A stretch of 64,000 nt of DNA from Paragordius varius (GCA_964247055.1 OZ176050.1:2666001-2730000); one strand, 5' to 3'; positions 49,201 to 62,518 are shown, counted from the first letter of the stretch. Notes: generated by a model from the sequence alone, not told the origin. Numbers and translations are program-made.

Positions 49201-52200
49201 TGTAATCAAGTTCAGAAACAAGATGACATCAAATTTCAACGATAGTTTTAATATTACAATTTAGTAATTTTGCAATAGAAAAACGATAATACAATATTGT
49301 ATAAACTGAGTAGCATATATAACAAGGATGTTTTAACACTTCGATTCAAATTGTGGTATCTAAATACCCCAAACTAAATTTGATCTAGGATTTTTAAAAA
49401 ACTACTGAAGGAAACGGTCCCAATTTAAATTTATGCTTCTGTCCTTATAAAAATTATATAAATATGCCAAAATATCTAAATAAAATTTTGTTTTGAAAAA
49501 AAGTTCAATGTCAAACAACTTCGACGCCATTTTTATTTTACAAAATTTTTGCAAAATATCGTCTTCATTTAATTTTAAGGGTAAAATTAATGTTAATTTT
49601 TTTAAATTAAATCTAACATTGAGAGATATAGAAAAAGCGGTTTATTTTGGATTATTTTTCAATTTTACCATTGAACACATGTCACGTTGACTAATTTTTT
49701 TCATTTCGGTTTTAGCTTAAAATAAGTAATATCAAGTATTTTTTAATAAAATTTTTTATTTGCCATGGTTTCGATTTCTCCCATACTTTTTAAAGAATTC
49801 AATTTCTAACAGGCTTGGGGTATTTAACTACCCCAAGAATCGAAGGACTAAAATGAATGTGTTGTATCCAAGTGTTAAAGAGGTTCAATAAGCAATAATC
49901 AAAAAGCCAATCTCAAATGGATTATTGAAAAACCCTAATTCCACAAATTAAATATAGTTCGTCCTATCAGAAAAAGTTGATAAGGTCTCAAACGCCAAAC
50001 TTAGAAATTTTTGAAGTAAGATGCTAGATTACTCATTAAATGGAATGATTGCGAGCAATAAAAATATTACATTATTGAGTCCCCGACGCAATTAAACAAA
50101 ATCTACGGTATTGGGTTACAATCAAATGTAAGCAATAAGATATTGATATCCTAAAAAGATATGTTTTCGAAAATTCCATGCAGACCTGCATGGGGTCTCA
50201 AAACGATGGATAGAAAATAAAAACAGATCAATATAACCATTATTGTCGCAGTGGGTGTGGCAACATATTTAATAACTATTTTCACAATACATAAGGTCAA
50301 ACACGATTTGTTAAACTATAATTGGTGCTTGCAATAATTAAAAATAATAATTTTGAATGAGACTACACGGTTTCCGAAAGATAGCTTGAAAATTTACAAT
50401 TTAGATTTTGAAAAATTTATATCATTTTAGCAACGATTTCGGAATAAAGGACCTCTAACGCGAATTTTTAACTGACAAAAATGTAAGATTCATCAAAAAT
50501 TTTGATTAAAAAGATAAGCCAATTTTGATTTAACAATACTTAAGCTGATAAAACTTTTGCGCAAACCAAATTTTTATTACTCAATTTTTGCTGTAAAACG
50601 ATTACTTTTTAAGAGACATAACAATAAAAATCATGTTGATAACAATAAAAATTTCAGCTCGTAAATATGGACGATATAAGTAACGGTTATCTGATGAAGT
50701 TTTAAATTAATTTTAAATTTCTTACAAGTAGGTGACATTTTAACCACTAAGATGTAAGACTATCAAGGTCATACTACAAATCATTTGAGCGTGAAATTTT
50801 TTAGTCATTGGTTTTAAATGGTAAAACAAAAATATTTTTTTGTAAAAAAGGCAAATATATTTTATGGTAACTATTGGAAAAAAAATACGTTTATTTTTAG
50901 ATGAAACTCAAAATCACAATTTATAGATATCTACAAGTTTTTAAAACGCATAAAACAAGGTTGTGAATTTAAAAGTAAAATACTGCTCAATTGCAAATTT
51001 TTTCATAACTGATTTTTACGCTCCCAATATATCATAAACAAAATTCACCCTTGAACAATTCAAATTGACCTTGTGTTTTTTGAAATAAAAAATTTTCTTT
51101 ATTTTATAATATTTTTAAAATATGAAATTCTGTTTAAAATTAATATAATGCCGAAAAAATAATAAAGTATGTCGTAAAAATATATTTCATATTAATGATG
51201 AGTTATATTATCCCGAAAACACATAATTTATATTTAGGAATTTGAATTGTTTGAGGATTGGAATTGTTCAAGGGTGAATTTGAATAAATGGTACATTAAG
51301 CGAATTCGATAATTAATTTTAAAATTTTTTTTAAATTATATGTTTAAATTTATTCCTAGATGATGACTGGTTTTTTGGCGTAAGAATCAAAAAATTATAC
51401 TTTATTCCTTCGGTATTCTTGGATTGATATCTCGAACAATCGCGCATTTTGTATTCCAATCCCACAAAATATAAGATATTTTCGGAAAACCTATGAACAA
51501 AAATTTAAGTATAATGAATATTAAAAATATTCACTATTTTTTCATCCATGTAGGCAATGGCCATGTTTACGACATATAAACGATTTATTTAAATGGCTAC
51601 ATAAATTTACTTTTTTATATGTGAAAATAATATCATTATATGATAGGAAAAAAAACTGTATAGATCATTTATAAAATATTATTTGTTTGTAATATCCCAT
51701 TATTGGATGAATGATTGGAGATAAAACTACTCTTCGATATTTAGCGTTAGAGAATCGTAATATTTTGAAAGTTATTAGGTAACAAGCGCCTGACCCATTA
51801 GCTTTTCACCGTTTTACGGATGGCACGTTTTTGCAAAAACATATATAAAATATATGTTATTTATATCAGCTCTAATCATAAGTCATTATCGGTTTAACTA
51901 TGAGAAGACGTCAGCAAGTGCACAGACGATTAACTTGATACAAACCCTATTTTATTCATCTGACATCAAACTAACACATAATCTGATACCGCCATAAGTC
52001 AGTGTTTTATTTTTATCATTCAGTAATGATGTCCAACTTTGTGTCTGAATAAAAATTTGGGCACACATTGCTTTTAATATTTCATAAGAGAGGCCGTGAA
52101 AAGTTATTGTTTGCTATTTGGAACATATGAACAACAAGCTCTACCATTAAAACATTAGAAACATTAATTCGTAAATCAAAAGTTGTGATTTTAATGTGAA

Positions 52201-55200
52201 AGAGAGTGAACCCTCTGGTATCCCAAACAACTGCAAAACGATCATAATGACCCTAACAAGCTCAGAAATTGGCAGAAACATTACATCTATTAAACAATAA
52301 GTCTACAAGCAATGGAAAGATCAATAAACTCGGTAAATGGTTCCCACACAAACGAATGGAGAATCGCAAAATGACTTGTGAAATTCTTCTGCAACGTCGT
52401 GAAAGGACATGTTTTATCATTAAATTTAGACGGGTTATAGAAGTTGCTATTTATGTAAATTTAAGGCGGAAAAAATTGTGGCTTTCATCAAGCCGGTGTC
52501 CATCATCATCAAGTCAAATCGCTTCGGAAAAAGTGTGTGCTTTGTATTTTGTGGTACAGAGAGGTATTGTATATAAAGCTATGACACCCACCCCGCGAAA
52601 CTGTTAATACAACGCATCACCAGTAATTGGTTTATTTAAACCATGCAGAAATCAAAAAGCGACCGTAATATACCAGAAGATATGGTGGTTTTTGCTACAT
52701 GACAATACCCACTTGTCACAGCAACACCAGCGATACCATTAAATCGCTTCGATAGGAAGTTCTTTCGCCTCCGATGACTCTTAACCTAGCGCCATTTAAC
52801 CAAAACATTTTCGCATGTATAGTAGTACACACCTTGTTTAATATTTCAAAAACGTTTGAAAGTGGCTTAACGAATGGTTTTCCACCATTTTTTCTTGCAC
52901 TCATATGCTATCAGAGAAACGGGAAAAATGTGTAGAAGCCGATGGACAATATTTTGCATAAAATAAATAATGCATTTCCTAGGTTTTTTTACCAAACCGG
53001 TAAATTATGACTACACCAGGTATATATATATATATATATATATTAAATTATGAGATCTCTTAACTTAATGACTTATGTAAATATTTCTAACGTTAAACGT
53101 TATCAAATTTATATTTTCCCCCTTATTTCCATTTAATTTAGATAAATTTGAAATAGATTGCTAAAAAAACAATTTAAAAATCGTAGAAAACTTCCTGATC
53201 GTGAGCTGTAAACTCTTGGGGTCCTTCACTTTTGTTGATTATTTGTGCGACACCGACCACCTCGCCTTCATTGTTCATTATGGGCATACATAGGATAGCA
53301 TATGTTCGGAAACCAGTCTTTTTATCCACGTCTGGATTGAAGCGTTTATCCTAAAATCATTATAAAAAGGAGCATGAGATAAAAAAAAAATTTAAAAAAA
53401 TTATTAATTTGATTAAATATATATATATATATATATAGGTTTAAGGTAAAAGTTAGGTAATTTTAGTGTGTATCATGGTTTAAATATCCGTTAAAACGGG
53501 AACTGTCAACTTAACCTGTTGGCAAAAGAATTTCTATGAAAATTAGGACACATCGAAATTATATGGTTAAAATTAATTTCGGTGCTAAAAATAATTGTTT
53601 TTTTTTATAGAAAATGGAATCAAATTTTATTATTACAGCTTATTTTGGATAATTACGAGCTGGATCAAATATAAATGTTGTGATCTGTCAAATGAATTAT
53701 TTATACAAAATAATTATATTATATTAATAATGGTATAATTGGCTCATTGACCTTTGAAATAAAAAAAAACTAGAATTCGATACGATAAAAGCTGGTTTGT
53801 CATAATAACTCTCCATTTTGATTTTGATAAATTGCCACATAATTACGACAGATCAGACAAATTATAAATATAATATACACTAAATGCAATCCTAACTAGG
53901 TCTTTCTTATATTTGATAGATCTAAAAGCTTTCTAGAGAGGATCGCTAAAAAATTTGAAAATCAAAACGAAACTTGAAGAATTTAAAGTAAAACACCCAA
54001 CGTATAAGAAAAATGAATAGAAATTTAATTTCAGGGTTTTACAGGCCCCAAGTGACCCATTAAATCTAATCATATCAATAATTTATCTACTAAAGCGTTT
54101 GCGTTTTTAACTAAACCTAACCGTGTCATTATTTATAATATATTGTGAAAACAAGAGACAATCAATTTAATTGTTTATAAAAAAAAGAAAATTGCTTTTA
54201 ACAGAGGGAAGAAGCCTTACACTTTTAGTTTTATTTTTTTAATTATGCCCTAAAATGAGGAATACTATATAATTACAACGAATATACCTCAAATATTGCG
54301 TATTTTATATAAAATAATTAATTTAAATTAAGAACTATGAGGTAAATAAAATATTCACGTCACAATTTTTTGGTCATTTATATGTAAATTTTTTTTATAA
54401 ATTTCTCATAAATATAAATTAAATTGCCGTAATAATATAATAAAAACAAAATTAATTAAATTAAAGAGCACATAAAAAAATCCAAATTAATTTTGATGAA
54501 AATTAGGCATAAACACTCTAATGTTTTTGCTAAAACTTGAGAGTTAATCCATAGTAAAGGGTGAAATTTAAATAAAAACTCATCTTTTAATCTGAAACGA
54601 CTTGGAAGAATATAATTACTTTTACATACGTAATTTCTATATATTAAAAATAAGAATAAGACTCGGTTATCAGGGAGTTAGGATCACTAGCGCTTTTCTA
54701 AGCGGTCAAAAAATATTTTTTTAATTTTTTTACTTAAAAACCAAAAAGTTTTAGTTTTCATAGCATATTTAATAAATTTTAATAAATACGAAGCCTATGT
54801 AAATATAATGGGAGTATATTAAAACAAAACCGAAAAAATAATTGAACCGGAACATAAGCTAAACTTTTTAGCAATCTTTCTAATCTAAAGGAATTAAAAC
54901 GGTGCCAATTCGAATCCCTTTTTATATTATTGGGCCTTATTAACTTTGTTGGGGAATATATAGCCCTCAACTATTAACCTTTGCATGTTTTAATGACAGG
55001 TTTGGACTTTTGAAAAAAACCCAATTATTTTACGTTTTTTCAAAAAGAAATTATGTGCTTTTGGAATCATCACCTAATGATACAAAAAAACACATTCTTA
55101 TAATTTTTCAAATAATTTTACCTTCAACAATGATGTGTATGTATTACTTATTATACCTGTATGTACTTATTTATTACTTAAATAAATAAAATAGGCAAAA

Positions 55201-58200
55201 ATATCTAAATGATAATAATTAAAAAATTAATTAAAATTATTGATTTTCCGTTTAAGACGATGAATGATGGTGGGAAGAGTTAGACATAGACAGACACATA
55301 CACAAGACAACACGACCAAATTTACAAAAATATAAAAAAAAATTATAAGAATACAAGAATGAAGTTTAAATTATTAAATATTATATTATAATATATGGTA
55401 TTTTTTATGGATTTTTTCAATATATTACCACAAAAATCTATTTTAGCTTACCATTAAATACATTAAAATTGAAATGAAGTCAAAATTTTCCAGAGGTTTT
55501 TATACTAAATTCCAAACAAATCGTATAAACAAATTTTAGCCTAATAGGTAATACAAGAACGAGAGATATTATAAGCCATATATGTATTGTAAATGGCTAA
55601 AATGGTATATACGGTATAGTAAGTATATATTGCTAAAAATTTATAAATTATTGCCAATAACATATGCAGCAAAGAGAATCATTATTGGCTAATAATAGTA
55701 AAAAGTGAAAAAAATAACTATAAGCCAATATTAATTCCCTTTGTTGTATGTTTATTTGGCAATAAATTAACTTTCTAGCAATATAGATACTGTAATTCAT
55801 TCGTTTGTTGCCATGTATGAGGAGATTTTTTGTTTTTATTTGTTAAATATTTATAAATTGTGGGAAAAAAATACAATGTTTAATTAACACTCCATTACCT
55901 TTTGGGGTAGTTTTATATCCCAGAGCGCTTCAAAATTTGAACATCTTAGAAAGTATTTGAGATATTAAGCCAAATTTAAAAATATGCTTTCTTACCCGTT
56001 TAGGCGAATTTTACAAAAAAAATTTTATATGTAAAATTGTAAAAAATCTTCATCTCCAACTTTTTTGCCGCCATTTTTTTCCATATGCATTTTTAAATCG
56101 CAAATGCAACAAGCAAATTAATATATATTATGGTGAGAAGATGTAAATAATTAACTTTAAGAAACTTTCAGGCTACATTTTACCAGCAAAAATTTGATAT
56201 ATTTTGATTTTAATATTAGTTTCAATCAATTTTTGGAGCTCTCCCTATTATTGACTCTGAAAGCGATAAAACTGTAGAAATATAAGCTTGTTTATCTAAT
56301 ATTGAGAACAATGTTTGTTAATTAAATTTTACCTATAATAACTTTCAAAACTGTAGTTTATTTATAAAGAGCTCTGGGGTATAAAACTACCCCAAAATGT
56401 GAACTAAGACAAAATGAAAAGGTATATGTTAAATGTATAATAAATATAATAAAATATCATATATAAACAGCGAAGTTATATAATTACCTTTAAACTTAAA
56501 ATACAGATAGGCCTATAATAGCTCTCTTTACTGTATAGTAAAATTTGAAGTTGAATATTTTTCAAATACGTTACCAACACCTTCCCCCCCCTACCCTTCC
56601 CTAGATATTTGCCAAAAAGCAATTAAAAATAATTATTATTATTATTATTGATACAAAATCATTTTTTGAATCTAACAAAATCTCTTTTGTTCAAAAAATT
56701 GCCATTTAATCATCCAATTATACCTGCCTAAAATTTTTCAAAGAATAAAGCAGAGGCATAAAAATATATTGAACAATAGCTAAAATGTCTCAAATTTCCA
56801 ATAACATGTCTATCTCTACCTTAAAAGAGGCAACCATTTATCATAATAACAATTAAAATATTTTTTTTAAGCATTATGTTTAAGATCATATTTCTTGGTG
56901 TGGAAAAAATATATGTTTATGATTATTTAGTTTATTATATTTTTCGTTGGATAAAGTCCAATGCCTGATCAAATGAGACTATCTTTTATAATTTCCAAAT
57001 TTTAAAACCAACAAAATTAAATAGGTGTACTAAGAAACAAAAAAATATGGGCTCATTAGATAGATATAACGATCAAAACTCATATTTAAATTAAAAATTA
57101 TATTTCACTTTAATAGACCCAATTTAACTAAAATCAATTTTTAATGGAGATTTCCATGATACTTCATCCCTTATATAATCAGAATTACAAAAAAATGTTA
57201 TGCCAATAAATAAATTTTTCTTTGTTTTAAGGCTAAAATAACTTGCAAAAACAAAATTGCAAATTAATAATAATTAACCCAATTAAATTAAAGATGCTAT
57301 AGAGAGAGATATATTTAAGCATTTTTTTTGTATTACGCCATTTTTTCGCCATAAACATAGTACTAGATTTTCAGAAAGCCTAATAGTAAGAAAAATCATC
57401 TTACTAGAAAAAAATACTATTGGAAATACGTCATGTTTCCGTGTTGGCGATACGCATTTTATTTTGATGGGTAAATTTTATGGCTAAAAACAAAAAATGT
57501 AAATACCTATCTATAAACATCAATTTATAAAATGCGTGCGACTCTTTAGTATTAACTTCTTGATAAATACTTTGAGTTATAATTTGCCTAAATTTTAATT
57601 CTCTTGATATGTACACTTTATCAGTGTTAAAAGGATATTAACCAGACCCGTTTTTATAATAATGGTTTCTTAACAAAAATTAGGCAAATAAAACTTGCTT
57701 AAAAACCTGATAAGCATCTTTAATGTTAATCGGTTCTTTAGTGGCAGCAACGTGTCCCGCAATCCCCTTTCCCCAAGGAATTATTATGGCTTGCTCTTTG
57801 GAATGCAGAGATTCGGCCAACGTAGATTTCGAAGTTACATCATAAAGAGTGGAAATAAGTATTGGAGCTTCTTTTGTTCCTTTAGTTAGGAATAGACTTC
57901 CCCGATCAGAGCCGGTTAAAAGGCTAACGTTACGTAAAATTTTATGGCAAAGCACATTGATATCCAATTCGTTTGATACATCTTTTATCAGCTCCATAAA
58001 CAGATCCGATTCATTTAATTTTTTTAACTTAATTTCGGACATATCAAAGCTTCTAGAAGGCGCCGATAACCTTTTGGTATCTTGATTCAATTGTGCTAAA
58101 ATGTTCTCGAACTCCGAACTATCAAAGGCAGATATTGAAGAATGCGGTTCTGGAGATACATTTTCTATCAATTGCCGGAATTTATCTTTTTGTGAAGGTG

Positions 58201-58258
58201 TATATTTGTTGGAATTCAGTGAGATCGGAGAAAAAAATATTTTAGAATTTTTCATCAA
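34239..58258 (-). CDS. Pde6: Dual-GAF cGMP phosphodiesterase (invertebrate Pde6 / PDE5-11 class), 24 exons, about 1731 aa: 58258-57707, 53350-53192, 51490-51401, 43592-43398, 43318-43227, 42582-42519, 42433-42380, 41831-41670, 40887-40744, 40530-40384, 40250-40143, 40042-39933, 39840-39753, 39668-39568, 39303-39226, 39164-39026, 38914-38831, 38705-38360, 38155-38027, 37776-37199, 37118-36990, 36889-36742, 35911-35423, 35248-34239
   Basis: [27 protein letters not shown]...GKGIAGHVA...INK...FT..D.E; catalytic [52 protein letters not shown]; C-terminal CaaX KSKLCTII. Exon sum is 5196 nt, in frame. The true start may lie further upstream. Confidence 0.93.
36322..36612. mobile_element. MITE family A copy (PDE intron)
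   Basis: TA|CAGTAAAAATTGAAATTATACGGACAAAA...TTGTCCGTATAATTTCAATTTTT. Confidence 0.85.
39363..39542. mobile_element. Small hAT/Charlie-like MITE (PDE intron)
   Basis: CAGGGGTGTACAAC left end and GTTAGACATCGCTG right end (imperfect TIR). Confidence 0.4.
40919..41190. mobile_element. MITE family A copy (PDE intron)
   Basis: Right end GTTTTGTCCGTATAATTTTAATGTTTACTG|TA, decayed left end, internal AAGACAACCATAC/GTATGGTTGT. Confidence 0.75.
44950..46650 (-). pseudogene. Possible heavily decayed non-LTR retrotransposon reverse-transcriptase region (PDE intron 3)
   Basis: A-rich minus strand with broken fragments such as LKPKIDEE and YSDESD in an order loosely compatible with RT motifs; many stops and frameshifts. 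Weak evidence. Confidence 0.3.
47602..48076. mobile_element. MITE family C, intact copy
   Basis: TATACCATTTGCACTTCAAGAGTGTCCTTGAAC...GACACTCTTGAAGTGCAAATGGTAT, with 21-bp subterminal units. Confidence 0.85.
49333..49878 (+). mobile_element. piggyBac-like MITE family D copy
   Basis: TTAA|CACTTCGATTC...ATCCAAGTG|TTAA; colinear with 30409-30996. Confidence 0.85.
51028..51294. mobile_element. MITE family B copy, decayed
   Basis: AAATTCACCCTTGAACAATTCAAATT on the left and GAATTGTTCAAGGGTGAATTTGAATAAATGGTA on the right. Confidence 0.7.
51866..53020 (+). mobile_element. Decayed mariner element (Mos1/mauritiana-like); transposase pseudogene about 52029-52961
   Basis: Fragments [34 protein letters not shown] and [13 protein letters not shown] follow the Mos1 transposase order (MSSFVPN, KVGRWVPH, MERRKNTCEILLSR, FLHDN, RWEKCVASDGKYF); TA-flanked degenerate TIRs; multiple stops. 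Confidence 0.85.
55884..56432. mobile_element. Divergent relative of family D (TTAA-flanked piggyBac-like MITE)
   Basis: TTAACACTCC...TTTGGGGTAGTTTTATATCCCAGAGC left and GCTCTGGGGTATAAAACTACCCCAAAA...ATGTTAA right; same asymmetric layout. Confidence 0.7.
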
Positions 58259-58640
58259 AAAAATTTAAATTTAAAAACTGCAAGCTTATCATCGTATGAA
58301 AAACCATATGTTTTTACTAATACACCTGGGCATATTTTTAAATATATTCAATTTCAGAAATGTTGTCCCTTTCATTAGAACAATAAATATCAATATTATA
58401 TTTATATAAAAATAATTATATTAAAATATCCAAAGTTTGATATCGATATTTGATCACAACAAAATTGTATAAGACTATAACATAAAAGATATTAATAATA
58501 AATTTTGACATTCATATATGTTGGATATTGAGTTTGTCGAAATATCTATGACAATTTGGAAGGGAAATGGAAAACATCCAAAAACATGTTACCAAAAGAT
58601 AATTTATTACACTCCGTAGTCACAAAAATATCTTGATGAA

Positions 58641-58675
<35 letters not shown>

Positions 58676-59264
58676 TATCAGGATTGACATTGAAATTTTG
58701 GTTCTGAGCTTTCAAGGAAAATTTTTACCTTGTGGTATATGCTCGCTATTGTAAAATCCCAAAACTTGCGCATAATATGTTTGATTTTTTTCCCCAAAAA
58801 AATCCTCAAGATATATGATACATTTTTCAGAAGTGTTTAAAAAACATTTTTTGGCTTTTCTACCTTGGACAAATATAATTTGAATAAACGCCAAGATCCC
58901 AAGAATTACTAATAAAAATAACATATATGTTAGAAAAATAATTTAATTTGAGGCATGATGGAAATGGTATAAAGAGTCTTTAAGAAATTACAAAACACTC
59001 TTCAATTATATTAGATGATGCTGGACATTTAACTCAGATTGATTTAGATATTTCTTTGTGTACTTGCTGTATATGATTGTTTTTTTATACAATAACTCAC
59101 GCAAAACTAAAGCAACGAACCTGTGAATCAAACTGAGCTGATTAAATGTTTAATATATCTTTAAGTTTTATACCGCGTCAAAATTTTACCAAAATAAATA
59201 AACAAATTAAGCTTTTTAATAATATTCTATATCAAAATCTTTCATACACACTGGGCACAAAATC

Positions 59265-59288
59265 GGGGGGGGGGGGGGGGGTGGGGGG
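59265..59288. repeat. Poly-G tract (G17-T-G6)
   Basis: Directly visible homopolymer. Confidence 0.9.
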
Positions 59289-60481
59289 AGTTTATAAAAT
59301 AAAAAAATTAAGATAGAAAATATATCAGGGTCCTTTTGTTTTGGGCTTTCGAGTGATTTAGCAAAGTTATTAACACTAATGTAAATATTGCTAAAATATG
59401 TTTTAAAATACCTATAATTTTTAATTTTAAATTTTGGAAGCATGCTCTGAAAATTTCAAATTTTCAAAATCCAAAACAGGCAAGTTTTCTCAAAATTAAG
59501 GGGAAAAGCCGAAAATGTGTGACGAAAATTTTAAATATACATCAAGTTTTTTCCAGAAAAAGGATGTTTTCTTTAAAATTCAATTAATAGCAAAATTTTG
59601 ATGAAGCAAGATTTCAGCCACTTACATTAGGAAATTGTAAAAAAAACACCCTTTATAATTTTTATGATCCTAAGCATTTCTACTATACCAGGTTTTTTTA
59701 TATTGTGTTTATTAAATCATATAATTTTTCAAACAATTTTTAAATCAAAAATTAGAGGTAACTTAACTTAGAGTGTTTTTATACCGTTTCGATCATGCTT
59801 ATAAATACATCACCCACTACACCAAATTGTTATAAATTTAAATTTACAATACCCAATTTTTTGGAAAATTAATATCAAGATTTGGCCTATTTATTTTTTT
59901 TTAATTTAAGAAAGCTTACCCATTCCGAAAGTGTCCAAAAAAATTTAAAATTTCATATAAATGTTGTTTTGCTTTTTATATAAAAATTATTGTGTTTTTT
60001 TAAAGGAAGTATTTAGCTTTCACCAAAAAATATTTAGTATAATGTGTGCAAATTTACCATTTTTTGATATGGACCATTTAACACAAAGGTGTAATAAACT
60101 TTCTTAAATCACTAGTAAGGCCGAAAACAAAAAGCACCACATATGATAATTAGCTAACATATATTTCATCAGGATATTTTTTGTGCCCACAGTTTGTTAT
60201 ATAACCGATTATCTTCGGTCTTGAGTTTATTTTAAAATTGCTGGCTAGGGTCAAAAATTTTGAAAGTTTTGGAGTTCATATGCTATAATTAAAATTTGAT
60301 ATTCACATCGATTCCTTTTAATATGTTTATGACAATGATCTTTATTCAATAGAGGCTACTAGCTCCCATCGAAAGTATTTATTTATTGCGATTATTTGAT
60401 AAAGAGTTGCTCTAAAGTAAAAAATTTTAAATTGTAAGGCATAAAGCCATAATAATCCTGATATATTTTCTATCAATATCT

Positions 60482-61852
60482 ATATACAATTTACAGTTCA
60501 AATTTACCCTCAAACAAATCAAATTGACCCTTGAACGATTCAAATTACCACTAGAAAATTATGTTTTGAACTAATATACATTACACTAGTCGACAAATTT
60601 GGACATTTTTGAGCACCACCACTCAAACTTTTAAATTATGACTAATTTTAGTGTTTTAAAACCGAATGTGAAAAAATTTTTGATCCCGCCAATTAGAATT
60701 TTGAAATATTATAGGTTTTTCAATTTTTCAAAAACAAGTGAAAATCGAGAGAAAATTAAATATAACTTAATAAAATGTTATTATATTATAAACTTAATAT
60801 CATTTAATAAAGCGTTTTAAACTCTATCTTTTGAATATAAATATGTCATTTAAATATCAGAGAGAAAAAAATAATACGGAATATAACGTCAAAATTTAGT
60901 CTTTTTCTTTCAAGTGAATTTTTAATACGTGTAAAAAATTTTTAAAAAAATACTAAAAAAGGCATTCTATGGTTTAAACCTTCGGCTTTAGATAGGCTAT
61001 ATTTTTTTGTTAGTTTTCGTCCTTTCGAGTATTTATTAGGCTTTTTTTCTTGAGTTGGTTCTTACAAAAAATCCTTTATTTATACCTAGTGGATATACTT
61101 TATTTTTTAAAATTATTGGTTGTTTTGTATTTTTAATTTCAGATGGATGTTGTGTAGCCACTTTTAGTAGAATTTACTATTATGGGATTGGACCATTTGT
61201 ATTTACCTAATCTTTTTATTCAATTTAATTATAGAATTTATCTAACTTTATTCTGTGAATTGGTTAATTTGACATGTCAATTTGCCTGGATTTTGCTTGC
61301 AAGTCTCTCTTATCGGGCTTTACGATTACTTATTGTTATTTTTGCCATATCTGGCATAATTGTATCGCTTGGGGGATATGCAGAGCTTGTGCAGCCGCCC
61401 GGATTACACTATACATAAGCCCCTTTTAGATTTTTAATACTTTGGCTCTTAGCTTGTTTAGTATCTTATTTAATGCCTAGAATTTTGTTATTCATGCATG
61501 GAATATTACTTGTATCGACTTGTTCGTTTGAATATTTAAACATATGTACACGAGGAATGATTGTTATTTTTAAATTAAATATAAATTTAAAAATTAAATT
61601 TCGGAAACCTATTGGTGGCCTCAATTTTCTTTTTTGTTTTGGCCTTTCCATGCCATTAGGTATCAGAAAATGCAAAAATAATGGGGTGGTGCAAAACCTT
61701 GTTGAGCAGTGTTATTGATATGAAATATATCTTTATGGCATAGTTTATTATTTTATTTTAAAATATAGTTTTATTTTTTAATAATATATAATAGGTAAAT
61801 TTTAATCTTGAAAAACATATAATTTATTTGAGGGTGAATTTGAAAATAGTAT
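60482..61852. mobile_element. Family B MITE (reverse orientation) split by a Tc1/Tc3-like insertion
   Basis: 60482-60583 matches one arm and 61712-61852 resumes the internal segment and the other arm exactly where the first part stops. Confidence 0.75.
60584..61711 (-). mobile_element. Decayed Tc1/Tc3-like element (about 1.13 kb) with transposase remnant on the minus strand
   Basis: TIRs TA|CACTAGTCGACAA...GCACCACC and GGTGGTGC...TTGTTGAGCAGTG; stop-interrupted K/N/S-rich minus-strand frame loosely resembling a Tc3 N-terminus. Confidence 0.65.
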
Positions 61853-62224
61853 ATATTCATATTTTTTACCCGATTTCGTGTACTGTTTGGGTTAATTTAC
61901 CATATAACTATTTTCACAAGTTACGCTTATACTAAGATGTACATTTTTGGTTGGTTTTCATCCCAGTTAATAATGATTTATACTTTTTCCAACATCCATG
62001 ATTACGATACATTGTTTGTTAAACGCAAAAGCTACAATGTGTTCAAAATATAATCACATCTCTGATGGTCTAACTTTACGGTTTTCATCCTTAAAATATT
62101 TGAATGAGGATAATTTTACATTAAAGAACCATTCAATTAAAGGACAATATGTGGTTATAAAATTAAACGGACTTAAATTAACTTTTTAATACAATTTCTA
62201 GTGTTAATAAAATATATATACATA

Positions 62225-62518
62225 CATCTGAAAAAAAATTTTACGGACAAAACGTAAAATTATAAAAACAAATATTTTTATCTTAAAAACAACCATATTT
62301 TTTGAAACCTTAATTTATCTTATTAAAACATACAATAGTATAATGCATAAATTGCTTGTGTTATCAATTTACCTCTCTAATCCTATAGTTCGCAATTTAA
62401 AACAATGAGTTATATGTAAATAAACTAGGATTTGGACAGTATGGGTCATCTTTTAAAAAATAATATTTATCTTTATATTTTTATGTTTTGTCCGTATAAT
62501 TTCAATTTTTACTACTGT
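62225..62518. mobile_element. MITE family A copy
   Basis: TTTTACGGACAAAACG...GTTTTGTCCGTATAATTTCAATTTTTACTACTG|TA. Confidence 0.75.

Noticed and set aside
49950-50460. Slightly GC-richer, coding-like stretch in PDE intron 3
   Set aside because: No sustained frame, termini or recognisable motif. It may be an old element remnant, but I cannot support a call.
1-58258. Opsin plus cGMP PDE as a phototransduction cluster
   Set aside because: They are 31 kb apart with unrelated genes between them. The invertebrate Pde6 class is not the vertebrate photoreceptor PDE6, and the opsin looks r-type. Proximity alone is not evidence.
59216-59443. ORF with a polyproline run
   Set aside because: It is the translation of the poly-G tract; the flanking sequence is non-coding-like and the start is weak.
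61182-61718. Hydrophobic plus-strand ORFs resembling GPCR TM3-TM6
   Set aside because: They lie inside a TIR-bounded Tc1-like insertion, contain an in-frame stop, and are the expected antisense reading of an A-rich transposase remnant.
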